A stretch of 51,326 nucleotides of DNA, the filler included, from Trypethelium eluteriae (Eukaryota), in the NCBI GenBank assembly GCA_051942245.1. It is 2 parts of 2 records of this genome, joined end to end, with 100 filler letters (N's around TTAATTAATTAA, not from the genome) between each part and the next. Parts side by side here need not be neighbours in the genome. Positions count along the whole stretch, not along the records: positions 1 to 25,617 come from JAVECL010000366.1; positions 25,718 to 51,326 come from JAVECL010000367.1. One strand, 5' to 3'. Shown in pieces: positions 24,902 through 36,259 of this stretch; position 1 is the stretch's first letter; each line of letters starts with the position of its first letter. Position numbers and translations under genes: made by a program. Below the pieces are notes generated by a model. The model did no database searches. It was not told the origin of the DNA and saw nothing but the letters and a program-made list of their open reading frames with translations.

Positions 24902-25617
24902 ACTATCCAATGCTATACATTCTGCGAAGTGCTTAACCCAGGAAGCCAATGAGGGGTTCCCTGAAGATATACATCTCTGCCAGATGGTCTAACTCTAAAA
25001 CGATACCATTTAATGGTTTTCTTGTGACCCACTTTATGTTCGAGAGGACCATTATTTATGTTCTTCCGACGGAGTACACACCTTTTTCGCTTCCCGCAGT
25101 CATATTTCGAACAGAGCATAAATATCTTGAGTGCAGCCAAATTTTCTCCTTTACATTTGCATCTCAGGTCTTCCACAATCAAGAGACATATCATTTCCTT
25201 CTGAACGGACCCGGCAGCCATATCAACTCTAAGCAAGACACACATACATCGCTTTGGTACTCGGGGAAATCCCCAACGGGATCACGTCCAGCTTCATGCC
25301 TGAGCAAGCCCCTAGTCCCGCCTTTGCTTTTGGCTCTCCCACCATCCCACCTCCTGGGGACGGTCCTCTGAGCAACCTGGTCAAAAAAGTCAAGGAAATC
25401 CTCAGCAAGCCATTCGACAAGGCCTACAAACCACCAACCAAACCGCTCTCTTCTGACTTCGGACCGATCTGGTAGTCAAACAGGCCCCCAGGATGGACAC
25501 CTCCGCGTCCACCTCCCCAGACACCCAGGTGCCCCCCAGCAGGAAAAATACCACCAACACCACCAAAACCACCACCACCACCACCACACCCACCGCTTCG
25601 TCCCCGACCCCTAAAGC

Positions 25618-25717
25618 NNNNNNNNNNNNNNNNNNNNNNNNNNNNNNNNNNNNNNNNNNNNTTAATTAATTAANNNNNNNNNNNNNNNNNNNNNNNNNNN
25701 NNNNNNNNNNNNNNNNN
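25618..25717. other. Artificial assembly gap/linker
   Basis: 44 N + TTAATTAATTAA (stop codons in all six frames) + 44 N, exactly 100 nt. Confidence 0.97.
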
Positions 25718-28700
25718 CCTCCCACCGCGCCTCCACATGGCCCGGCTTGCCCTCCACCCCATCCGTCGCAAACCGCGCCAGCAGCTTCTGCGGCGCCGCG
25801 TCGGCCGCCAACGTCACGTCGCCGAGGCGCCAATAGATGAGCGACTTTTCGCGGGAGAAGGTGCCGACGGGCTTGGACTGGCAGGAGGTCGGCTTCGTGC
25901 CGGGCTCGAGGTGGATGATCATGACGACGTTGCTCAGCGACACGGTCTTCGGCTTGGCCTCGGTGGTGTCAGCTCCGGTCTCGGTGTCGCGATCGGTGTC
26001 GGTGGCGTGCGCTAGGAACGCTGGGTTGAGCGAGTAGCTGAGGATGACGGAGGTTTGGGTGGCTTCGCATTTCCAGGCGGGCGTGAGTAGGAGTGGGGCG
26101 TGGGTGCCGGGGTCGGTGTCGTCGAGGTGGAGCTGGTATTTGAAGGCTACGGATGTTTTGGTGATGCTGGATAGATTGACGGTGTATTCGCCGGGCTTTT
26201 CTGGGATGTTCTCAATGAAGGTTGGATTCGGCGCAACCTTTTCAAGGACGGGGAAATTTTCGAGGCGGATGGTTTCACTGCCAAATTGGGCGGGAGCGGA
26301 GAGGTCTGTAGGGTTGTAGGCGAGGGCCAGTTCGCCGATGACGACGGCTTTGTTGATGGAGTTGTTTTCGAACCAGACGTTGACGGTTTCGACGATGCTG
26401 GAATTTAAGCCAGGGGAGAGGAGTTCAGGATGCTTGACAGTGGCACTGCGAGAACTTAGAGCGGAGCGCTGTGAGCGGATAGACTGTGTGTCGGAGGCGG
26501 CGTGATCATCGCCGAGCATACCCGTCCGATGACCCAGTCTTGGTAGAGATAGGGGAGTACTACTCCCAAGAACAGGTGCTGTCGTCGCCCGAGCCGCGAT
26601 GGAAGGGACTGACTCTAGCGATGCAGTGCTATCTTTTGGGGTGTGAGAAGGAGGTGGGCCAGGAGGAGGCTCAAACGCTTGGGCAGTATCGGCTGGAGAG
26701 CCAAATGATGATGCAGTATCCGTGGAAGGCCCAAATGCTTGAGCAATGTCAGCTGGAGTACCGAAAGCGGGCGGAGGGCCTGGAGGAGGCTCAAATTCCT
26801 GCGATGGGCTCGCCAGCTTAGCTGCTTCAGCCGTCACGTTCTCCGTCGGGGGCACGAGTCGGGGCGATGATGGCAAAGAAGTGGAAGTTTGTACAGGTGT
26901 TTCGCCGCCTAGACCTGGAATAGTAAGAGATTGGGAATCTGGAATAAACATGGTATTGCGGACATCCGATCGATCTCGCCGGCCGCGTACAGTACCCGGC
27001 TTTTTCATTGGAAAGGTAGACTATAGATGTTAGCTTCTTTATTCTGCCAGTGAGGGATTCTTCACGTACAGCTCGTAATGTATTTGCGACATTTGCTAGT
27101 GCTGCATCGCCACCTTCTTCCTGTATTGGCGCGTTCCTGATATCAACTTTGAATTGAGATGCGGGAGCTTCGTCAGATCTACACAAAGCTTTAGCATGAA
27201 AACAATGGGCCGGGTTCTGTGATGCTCACGCAGCAGCTTCTTGCTGGGCTTGACTTATTGCGTCAAAGTGGGCTGGAGGCACTGTAAAACCTTCCGCATC
27301 TTTTTGAGGCTTGAGACGTCTTAGTATTGAAGCCACGAACGTCAGTGAGCGGGTAAGCTGACCTCATTTTCCTGTGCCTTATTGCTTGGTTGCAAGGGTT
27401 CCTGCAATTGATTTATAGCCGATGCGCTGGCTCCATCATTAAAGGAAGGTTGGCCTTGAGATTCCCCAGCAGTACCATTAATACCAGCAGTGGTAGTCTC
27501 GACCTCTTCAGACTGAGGTGGCAACGTGTCTTCTTCTTGCAATGAGGACTGAGCACGGTTGCTTACGGGCTCCTCTTGAGTGGGCGCTAACGATGACGAA
27601 GTCTGTTGCTTTGATCGGCTACGACCACCAAGGGAGCTAAACGGCGACCTCGATTTCTCCTTTCTCTCGGGTGATTGAGATTCGTGGCCAAGCGGCATCA
27701 TGCTGTTCCGCTTACTTCGATTCAATACCGTACCGAATCGCCTAAGGCCTTTTAATCGACTTGGCGTTTTTTGCTCCTGTACTTCTCGAATGTTAGCCTT
27801 CCATTTCCTGTACTGCACATAGCGCGACCTACTTGAGCCTGATCGGCTAGATCCATCATCATTACCAGTAGAAGCAGTAGGTGCAAGGGCTTCCTGTGGT
27901 ATGGGAGGTACTGGCGGAGCGGTGCTCGCAGTTGGCACAACGGATCCAGTGGTTGAAGGTCGACTCCTAGTCCGCTCTATCCTTGGCTGGCCACGAGTCG
28001 TACGAAGCGCCCATGTTTTGATCTCATCTGCAGTCTCAATACTAAGGATTCCGTTCAGGCAATTCTCTGTTGATTGTCGTACTCTCTCCACGTGGTCTAC
28101 CTCGTGTGTTTGGAATTGCGTGAGGACGTCCCGCAAATGATTTAGTCTGCTCTCATCTACTTGTTGAAGACTCTCGAAAACGAACGGTGCCTGCGAATCC
28201 CATTGCAATCTCGCACTGTCCGCTTCCTGAGCAGCGTTTGCAACTTTCTGCGCCGAGGCTTTCTGACCCTGTGAGTTCAGCTTATCCGATTTCTTTTGAG
28301 CGGCATCGAGCTCTTTTGCTATTGAACCCAGGTTTCCCTGTATTGTTGACATTTGCTGGAGTTCCCGATTGGACGTTTGGAAGTCTCGTAGGGGTCGTTC
28401 AACGTCAGCTTCTATCCTTTGCGCCAACGTCTGGTGTGAATCGGACAGAGTCTCGGTTGCGCTGACAATCCTTTGCCATGGTCCTGCAAAGATTCTGGTC
28501 CTGTCAGTTCTTGATGCTTCTCAAAGTTTGGGCTCGCAGATACCCACCCTAGGTCGGACGACTCGCCCGGAGGCGTCAGTCGCGACAGTCTCCTCAGACC
28601 TGATGCATAAGCTTCTTCCACTCGCCGACGTTCCTAGCTTGTATGAGTGCTGTGTGACGCGCCACTTCCTCCAGATGACGTACTTTTAGCCAGTCCGCGA

Positions 28701-28880
28701 TCTCTAGATTGAGGCGGCCGACGTGCTTGACGCGATCATTAAGTGTATCAACAGCTTGCGCAGGCTGTAAATTCTCCTGAGCCTTGTTAGCAAGGGTCTA
28801 GCTGCTTCGAAGCTCCGCAGAGCTTCCGCGAACGCTTGGCTTACCAGCATTGCTGGATACTCCTGCCGTGACAACTCCAT
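25718..28880 (-). CDS. SYP1: Muniscin endocytic adaptor (F-BAR + mu-homology domain), 3' end lost in the gap
   Basis: Start MELSRQEYPAML, F-BAR (IADWLK|ERRRVEEAY..WDSQAPFVFESLQQVDESRLNHLRDVLTQFQTHEVD), TVRGRRDRSDVRNT, and a muHD (GLNSSIVETV..VIGELALAY..IRLENFPVLEKVAPN..QSKPVGTF). Several introns. Confidence 0.92.
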
Positions 28881-29262
28881 GCTGAAATTAAGTTATCCAG
28901 ATGATTCAAAAGACACAATGAGAGTAAGGAAGAGTATGTACAGCAGACGTGTTTCAGTCCATGTGGCGTAGTAAAAGCTATGATGCAGGGATTCGGACGG
29001 CGGATGAGGAAAGAATTTAGTCTGTTGCGGCCTGGAGGATCCTTCATCGTGACCCTCATTTTACGAAGCTACGATGCCACCACCGACTGGAAAGCTGCTG
29101 CTGGAACTGCAAAAGCGCAGCAATGGATGACTGATCTAGAAGGCGTCAGTGAAGAGGGAGATTGCTGTGTAATCTGTGCCAGACTTCACCACCAGAACTC
29201 CTGACTTGGAGCTTCAACCACTCTGGCAATTCCTAACCAACGCATAATCCCTGTCTATTCGC

Positions 29263-30813
29263 ATGATGTCTTACATCCAGTCGTGGCACTCGTCAATTAC
29301 CTTCTCAGATAGACTGGCTATAGTAGTCAAAATGCAGGTTTGAGACTTCCTTATTCAATGTCTTCATTGCACTTCAAATTTCTCCCGCCTAATTTTTAAA
29401 CCCCCCAAACTCAAAAATGGCTCGGCAGCCTGACAGCTTAGCTTTACAGAACGAAACAGTTGGAACAAGAAACCCCTGGTACGAGCCAGATAGAGGCGAA
29501 ATCAAAAGCCAAAGTACTTGAAAAAGAAGCCTTCCGGAATGCATCATCTCGAGTGTGTCATGACGGTCGCAACTAACGATGCCAGAGCTCATTTTATTTC
29601 TTAGGAAGATTACGATAAGCTCTGTGACATTTCTCTCCTGTCCCAAAATGACGCTGCAACAGAGCAATCAGCTCAATACCCATCGCCATCAGCCGACATC
29701 ACCACCCTCCCGCCATCCGAACTCCGGATAGGCAAATACACCAACGCCATCCACCACCGCTCCGGCCTCTTCTCCACGATCTACAAAGCCTTGAGTCCAG
29801 ACGACCCGCCCGCCCTCGTCGCTCTCAAAGTCATCAATCCTTCGTCTGTACAGCCACCGCACGACTGCCACCGCGAAGCGCGCCTCCTCCGGCTCGCCGC
29901 TTCCAACCACATCATCCCCCTCCTCACCACCTTCCCCCAACCCGGTGGTCTCCTCGTCCTCTCGTTCCCCTACATGCCCTATGACCTCCAAACCCTACTC
30001 CATCCCCCCGCATCTTCAATTGCCTCTTCCTCCTTACCAATTCTCAGCATCCCGCAACGCAAGTCCCTCATCCACGACCTCCTCTCCGCCCTCGCCCACC
30101 TCCACTCCCTCTCCCTCCTGCATCGCGACCTCAAACCGAGTAACATCCTGCTACGCTCGCCCGGCGGCCCCGCCGTCCTCGCCGACTTCGGCATCGCCCA
30201 CCACCCCGCCGACCCATCCTCCGCCGCGACCGAGCCCGAGGGGAAGCTCGTCACCGATATCGGAACGACGTGCTACCGCGCCCCGGAGCTGCTCTTCGGG
30301 TGCACCTGGTACGGCGCGGGCGTCGACCTGTGGGCGTTGGGATGCGTAGTTGCGGAGGTGCTGACGTGGGGGGGCAGGCAGGTTGGGGCTGCGACACCAG
30401 CGGCCTCTCTTTCCGTGGCGTCTTCTTCGGGCGTTGCAGATTGGAGGGATGGCGGTGACGTGGACGCTGACGCGGACGCCGGCGTAAACGCGAGCGTTGG
30501 GGACATGCGTGCGCACTGGCGCACTCATGGTACGCTGTTTACGAGCGGCGAGCTGGGGAGCGATCTTGCGCTGTTGTTGAGTATCTTCCGACACCTTGGG
30601 ACGCCGTCGCCGGAGACGACATGGCCGGAAGCGCGGACGTTCCCGGATTGGGGGAAGATGGAGTTTTATGAATTTGAGGGGAAAGAGTGGGATGAGCTGC
30701 TGCCTGGCGTCGAAGAAGGGGCAAGGAATCTGGTGGGGAGACTGGTGCGGTTTGAGAGCGGGGAGCGGATGGGGGCGCGGGAAGCGCTCGAGCATATGTG
30801 GTTTGTGGAATGA
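29263..30813 (+). CDS. CDK-activating-kinase-like CMGC kinase (Csk1/Cak1 type) with an N-terminal helical extension
   Basis: Exons at 29263-29337, 29442-29552 and 29605-30813. Motifs SGLFSTIYKA (degenerate Gly loop), VALK, PPHDCHRE, HRDLKPSNILL, DFG, GTTCYRAPELLFG and DLWALGC. Confidence 0.85.
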
Positions 30814-31231
30814 CGAGGAGAGGGAAGTGTGGAGGAGCACGAGGGCGGTTACAAGAAGAGTCATATGAGAGAGGGACAACCGTTGACAACTGAAAACAAG
30901 GACAGCATGAAGCTATACAGCCAAGACGGGTAAGCAAGATGGTTATATGGACTTCGTGGCTAGTTTTGATACATCATAGCTGCCAAATAAATAAAGCGCC
31001 GTGCGACTTGAACGAGCAAACCAAGCGTTAGCGGCAATGAACCGCAGTAGGCTGCAAGACCCGCTAAACCAAGCGCTAGAAGCATCAAAAGAGAGGGGGA
31101 GACAACTGTCAGAGGAGAACCCGTGTCCCCTCCCATCGCATACACCAGTATCGGCATAGACCGCAATACTGGCTCTCGCCCATCCACAGCGTCGACATGA
31201 CGGTGTGGAGTCGGACGCGACCCAAGGGCAT

Positions 31232-31864
31232 CTATACACCCTTAATTGCCACCGTTCTCTCCGAATTCAGCTTATCTGCATTTCGCTCATGACTTTCCTT
31301 CTTGCAATTCTCTAGCCCTTCGCATTTATGGTCTTCTAAAAGTCGGTGCTTGCCGCAGAAGTGGCCGTTGCAGAAGCCGCAGTCACCGACAATACGCTGA
31401 GCTTGGTCTTTGCAGTCCTTGAAGCTGCAACGAATCTTCTTGGTAGGCATACCGCCACGGATGGGCAGAGCGAGATGCAGAGTGGCGCTTGAGGCAATGT
31501 GGTGATCGGCGAGAGTTGATGTGGTGGAGCTTAGATGTTTGCCAGCGTAGACAAGGCGTAGGTCGTTGAGAGGAAGATTTGTTCGAAGAGCGAGAAGGGA
31601 TTTGAGAGTCGCGATAGATGTGTTGGGTGGTATGGAAAGAGGAATTGCTGGACAGAAATAAGTCATGGTACTGAAGGAGGTACCAGAGTGATGTTCATGG
31701 ATTGAAGCCGCTTAAGTCACGTAGGGTGATTGATGCATGTGATTCCGGAAGTAGTAATGACTGAAGTACTCACTTTGACCAGCAATGTCTTTTACAAAGA
31801 TCTGCATTGTTTCTTCTGGCTCTGATGAGACGGACGAGAGGGAGGAGATGCTGTTCGAACGCAT
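31232..31864 (-). CDS. Ubiquitin-like domain + AN1-type zinc finger protein
   Basis: MQIFVK..LRLVYAGKHL..TLHLALPIRGG, then CSFKDC..CGFCNGHFCGKHRLLEDHKC. Intron at 31773-31648. Confidence 0.92.
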
Positions 31865-33017
31865 GATGTAAGACTTATGTGAGTGGATTGAAGTGGTAAC
31901 GAAGTCGACCCGAAAAAGCAAGATCAGACAGTGATGTATCAGAGGTGAAGTGGTATCGTGGATGAATGAGGAAGTCAGAGATGGTGATGATGATTGTTTC
32001 AGGAAAGGGAAGGAGTCAAGAGCACAGATGAGTTCGGGATCAAGCAAGGCTTAGGCTTAGGCTTAAGCTGAGTAAGAAGGTCAGGTTGCGTTGCGTATGT
32101 GGAGGTTATAGGTTAGGTTGGCGCCGGATGCTGGGTGAGGCGGCATCGAAGGCTCGCGAAGCCCATCACCCCATCATGGTCGTGGCGTTTTGGCGCTTTG
32201 GCGCTTTGACTGAAGGGTCAAGGGTCCCAACTTTGTGCCTTGCTTGACATTACCACTCACCGTCAGACACGCACCCGCCTGACCAGGGCACGCTTTTCGT
32301 CTCGCCATTGCCGCGCGGTGAGGCCGCAATATTGGTGTCGCTTGGCGCCGTGGGATGCGGTTTCGATGGTCAGCAGTACAGTACTGCGAGTTTGCAGCGC
32401 TGACATTGCGTCTCTTCCGTCAAAGCATCCAAGCACGATGGCCGCGATCCGGCATGTGGACCGATGAAGGACCTCAGCACCTCAGGATGCAAGGCCGGAA
32501 ATAATTATGCAGGCCTCGGGGTGGATGGGATGCTCGCCGATTCCGGCGGCAAGAGGTACAGTAGTTTCTGGGACCGAGGCGGCCTGGTGCGAGGCTGCAT
32601 ACGGAGTACGTTCGCATTGCATCAGACGGAAGCTCATCACCGCATCAGGGTAGATGCAGATGCCTCCGGACTGCCAGGTCACCCAGGTCACCCAGGTCGT
32701 GTGCGCGCCTACGCACGGGCCCGGCACCTTGCAGCGGGACGAAGCGATGCAGCATGACAGCACCTGCAGCGGCTTGCCACCTTTCCACAACCGGCAACTC
32801 CTGCCTCTTTCCAGATGAGCTGCCTCCAGATATGCACCGATATGGCTGCTCAGCACCTGCATTTTTCTGTTGCACAACATTCCATTGAATTTTACTAACT
32901 TTGTGTGACATGAAACTCCCACCGTCGTTAGACAAGGCGCGCCCAGAGGGTATCGCTTATGTAAATGCAAATACGCACAAAGAAGAAGCAACAAGAGGAT
33001 CAGGAGTTTCATCTGCA

Positions 33018-34244
33018 TCAGTCAACATAGACGTGCCACCCATATTCGCGGCCGAACCATTTCCTCGCTAATCTCCCACCGCTCTCGGTCGGCTGGCTGA
33101 ATGCGACCTGGTCCTTGGGTATCTTCATCCCATACAGGAAATTTTCCGCCGCGCAATCCAATAACGCCGTTGCAACCCCCTCGTTTCGATGCGCCTTTGA
33201 GGTCCAAATCCTCGAAATGCCTAGCAGTGCCGAATCCGTGTCTCTGCTCACCGCAATTGCAGAGCCTTTTGCCTGTGGAGCTTGTAATATCTGTGTCTTC
33301 TCGTCTAGCTTGACCACCTTGTGCGACTTCGATATATTTTCAGCGAGACACACCCCCACGCATTTCTTGTTCCTTAGAAGTAGGTACAACTTGAAGCGAT
33401 CGCGTTCGGCCTTTCCATTAGTGGAGTCAAAGACGTGGACAGGCCGATCCTCGTCCTCGCTTAGGCTATCTGTCATTCTCCGTTTCCTAGTCTTCTCCGA
33501 TTGCGGGCCCCAGAGATCTTGCTCCCGAAGATTGACAGAGCCTAGTTCTCCATTGGCAATTTGAAGAACTTCTTGAGCTTGGTTCCGCATGACTTTTGGA
33601 TCCGACCGTGAAACAGCAACAACGTGTTGCAACTGCCCAATTTCAGCAATCTTACGGGTCCGCGATGCGTCTGTAAAGGCTTTGGACACGACTATCCCGT
33701 CGTTGTTTCTTTTATGGAAGATCTCGTGCGCTGCAATGTCATCGCTATTTGATGGAATATACCCCATTCCACACTCTCGGCAAGTCCTGTGTTTTTCCCC
33801 GCCCAAGTCTATTTGCATCTGAACGAGACGCTTTTTCGGTTCTGTCGTCGGCTTCTTTCGCCTATTTCCACTTGTTTCTCGGAGAGGTTCCTTGGAGAAC
33901 ATTTTGCTGGCACTTGAAGGTAGACTATCCATCGTTGAAGGTGGATTCTGGCTTCGAGAAGGTTGTAAAGAGGGAGGTGAAGAGGGCGGCGTGTCAACAT
34001 CTGAAGACCCGCGAGAGAAATCATCGTTGAGGGGTGGACTAGATGGCACGGTCGAGGAGCTCCGCTGAGGGGTTACATGATTCTCGTCCCTTGCTCTCGT
34101 CTTTTCTTTATCATGTTGAGTCGCATGACTGCGTCTCCGCTTCGCCGGCCGCTCAGTGTGTCTATGCCGAGCGGACTCAGCGTGACTATATCGAGCCGAT
34201 GAGTGTCGTGGTGATTGTCGTTTAGAGCGCGTGTATGTCCTCAT
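33018..34244 (-). CDS. ECO1: Cohesin acetyltransferase Eco1
   Basis: PIP-like QMQIDLGG, C2H2 finger CRECGMGY..DIAAHEIFH, and GNAT motifs LGISRIWTS..GVATALLD..VAFSQPTESGG. Start chosen at MRTYTRSKR. Confidence 0.95.
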   Translation of the reverse strand: MRTYTRSKRQSPRHSSARYSHAESARHRHTERPAKRRRSHATQHDKEKTRARDENHVTPQRSSSTVPSSPPLNDDFSRGSSDVDTPPSSPPSLQPSRSQNPPSTMDSLPSSASKMFSKEPLRETSGNRRKKPTTEPKKRLVQMQIDLGGEKHRTCRECGMGYIPSNSDDIAAHEIFHKRNNDGIVVSKAFTDASRTRKIAEIGQLQHVVAVSRSDPKVMRNQAQEVLQIANGELGSVNLREQDLWGPQSEKTRKRRMTDSLSEDEDRPVHVFDSTNGKAERDRFKLYLLLRNKKCVGVCLAENISKSHKVVKLDEKTQILQAPQAKGSAIAVSRDTDSALLGISRIWTSKAHRNEGVATALLDCAAENFLYGMKIPKDQVAFSQPTESGGRLARKWFGREYGWHVYVD

Positions 34245-34679
34245 TAGGGGAATAGCGGTAAAGCAGGTGGTGAAGCAGGTAGACCATATAATGCTCAGAA
34301 AGAAGATGTATTCACACATAAACTGTCGTCCGATTGTTGTTAAGCAAATCGTCTGGTGCCTTAGTACACCTGGCACTCCCGATTGAGTGTGGACCACGTA
34401 TGACTCCTACAACGCCTCCAAGTCTGATTAGTAGACCAAGTGTGACTTCTACAGAACTGCCAGGTCGAGATGTGAGGATTGTCTGAGTTGTTGCGTGCAG
34501 AAGCTCGAAACAGCGGGTAGCAGAGCAAGCAGAGGCCCACGTCAATGGCAAGGATAGCAACTGAGGCCAGACAGAAGCACATGAGCGCGTAGGGAGCGGC
34601 GAATCTGTAGAATATCCCGGTCAGCCTTTTGAAGAGTCTGATCGGTGAGATTGTTGCCCTACTAAATACGCAGCGTCTT

Positions 34680-34951
34680 CCGCGCGTTCAGTATTGAAGG
34701 AATAAGTGCAATACTGGAGTCCGAAGAGTTGTGCACAGAGCCTGCTTGAGAGCCGCAGAGAACGTATGTATAAGAAGGAAGATTATGGATAGTAATACAA
34801 CTTTGAGACGAAAACAAGAGAGGAAGAAAAGTGAGGATGGCCCTCGTTTCTAGGTCGCGGTAATTTTTAGTCCGGATCGCGAAGACGTGGTGTTGTGTTG
34901 ACAAGATCGGCGGTTACGTCGCCGGAAGACGCGTGCGCGTGGGAGGCGCGA
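34680..34951. promoter_or_regulatory. MCB/CGCG elements in the ECO1-ASF1 divergent promoter
   Basis: ACGCGT at 34929, plus CGCG cores near 34681, 34856, 34878, 34936 and 34947. Both genes are G1/S-expressed in budding yeast. Confidence 0.7.
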
Positions 34952-35107
34952 CCTGTGGTGCCTCCCGCAATCATTCACATTCATAGGTATACAGTACCTA
35001 AAGCCTGCTCCACCATCCTCTACCTCCTGCCCACAACGCCTCTCCAGCTCGTCAAGCGTGACGAAATACTTTACATACTTTGAAAACATCCACAACTATT
35101 CGCCAAA

Positions 35108-36259
35108 ATGTCCGTTGTATCCGTTTTAAACGTAGCGGTGCTCAATAATCCCGCACACTTTACGGCGCCGTACGAATTTGAAATCACATTTGAATGCCTT
35201 GAGCCATTGCAGAAGGGTATACACCTTTCCCCAACCTCTGACTCCAAGCCATCGCTAACATTTTCATGGACCTGGAATGGAAGCTTACCTACGTTGGTTC
35301 TGCGACCTCGTAAGCTCCTCTTACCTTTTTGCTTCAAGTCTCACATTTCTCACCATCCCCCCAGGTCCGAACACGACCAAGAGCTTGACTCCCTCCTCGT
35401 GGGTCCCGTCCCAGTTGGCACCAATAAATTCCTCTTCGAAGCCGACCCGCCGAATCTCTCCCGCATTCCAAGCGCTGAAATACTGGGCGTCACTGTTATC
35501 CTGCTCACCTGCAGCTACGACGGACGCGAGTTTATTCGTGTTGGCTATTACGTTAACAACGAATACACAGAAGACGCATTGAATGCTGAGCCACCCAGCA
35601 AGCCAATTGTAGAGAAGGTGCGGAGGAACATCCTTGCTGAAAAACCTAGAGTAACGAGGTTTGCTATTAAGTGGTACGTGCTCCATCCGAGTTTAAGTCA
35701 CTTACCCACGATCTCTTATGCAGCTATAAATCATGGAATAAATCATGGAATAACTCATTCGCGGCACAGGGACACCGAGGAATCTGCTCCAGCCGAGTTC
35801 CCACCTGAGCAACCCGAAGCAGACACCGCCGAGGACGACGCTGCTACCTATGGTGCTGAAGAAGAGGAAGAAATGGCTGCAGAAGAAGTTGAGGCAGAGG
35901 GTGGACCTGCCGCTAAAGCGGAAGGCGAAGATGCTGAGATGGGTGGCACTGATGAAGCCCCGACCCTTGTAACTGTCAAGGACGCCAAGGCTGAGAATGA
36001 GAACGAAGGCGAGGAAGAAGGTGATGATAATGACGATGCGAAGAGTGAGGACATCGAGAATGAGAGCGAGGATGACGATGATGACGATGAGGAAGCAGAG
36101 GAAGAGGGTGAGGGTGAGGGCGAAGGCGAGGCCGACGAGGAAATGGACATGGGTGAAGACGCACCGAGCAAGACTTCAGAGGGACAGTCGCAGCAGGAGC
36201 AGGCTAGTGAGCCGATTGATGGACAGCAGCGCAGTACGGCAGATGTTATGGTGCATTGA
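35108..36259 (+). CDS. ASF1: Histone H3-H4 chaperone Asf1
   Basis: Motifs [74 protein letters not shown] and [11 protein letters not shown], plus an acidic tail. Introns at 35217-35269 (non-AG end), 35310-35364 and 35674-35769. Confidence 0.97.
   Translation: MSVVSVLNVAVLNNPAHFTAPYEFEITFECLEPLQKGIHLSPTSDSKPSLTFSWTWNGSLPTLVLRPRKLLLPFCFKSHISHHPPRSEHDQELDSLLVGPVPVGTNKFLFEADPPNLSRIPSAEILGVTVILLTCSYDGREFIRVGYYVNNEYTEDALNAEPPSKPIVEKVRRNILAEKPRVTRFAIKWYVLHPSLSHLPTISYAAINHGINHGITHSRHRDTEESAPAEFPPEQPEADTAEDDAATYGAEEEEEMAAEEVEAEGGPAAKAEGEDAEMGGTDEAPTLVTVKDAKAENENEGEEEGDDNDDAKSEDIENESEDDDDDDEEAEEEGEGEGEGEADEEMDMGEDAPSKTSEGQSQQEQASEPIDGQQRSTADVMVH

Noticed and set aside
25662..25673. TTAATTAATTAA palindrome and the stop of the 448-aa ORF
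   Set aside because: Synthetic linker, not biological sequence.
32047..32068. (TTAGGC)n telomere-like repeat
   Set aside because: Only about three units, not the TTAGGG fungal telomere repeat, and located in a promoter.
32240..33018. Several 75-180 aa ORFs between the AN1 gene and ECO1
   Set aside because: No domains, splice support or codon bias; this is promoter/3' UTR sequence.
35725..35753. 12-bp tandem repeat (ATAAATCATGGA x2) apparently coding INHGINHG in Asf1
   Set aside because: It lies inside intron 3 (35674-35769) and is not coding after splicing.
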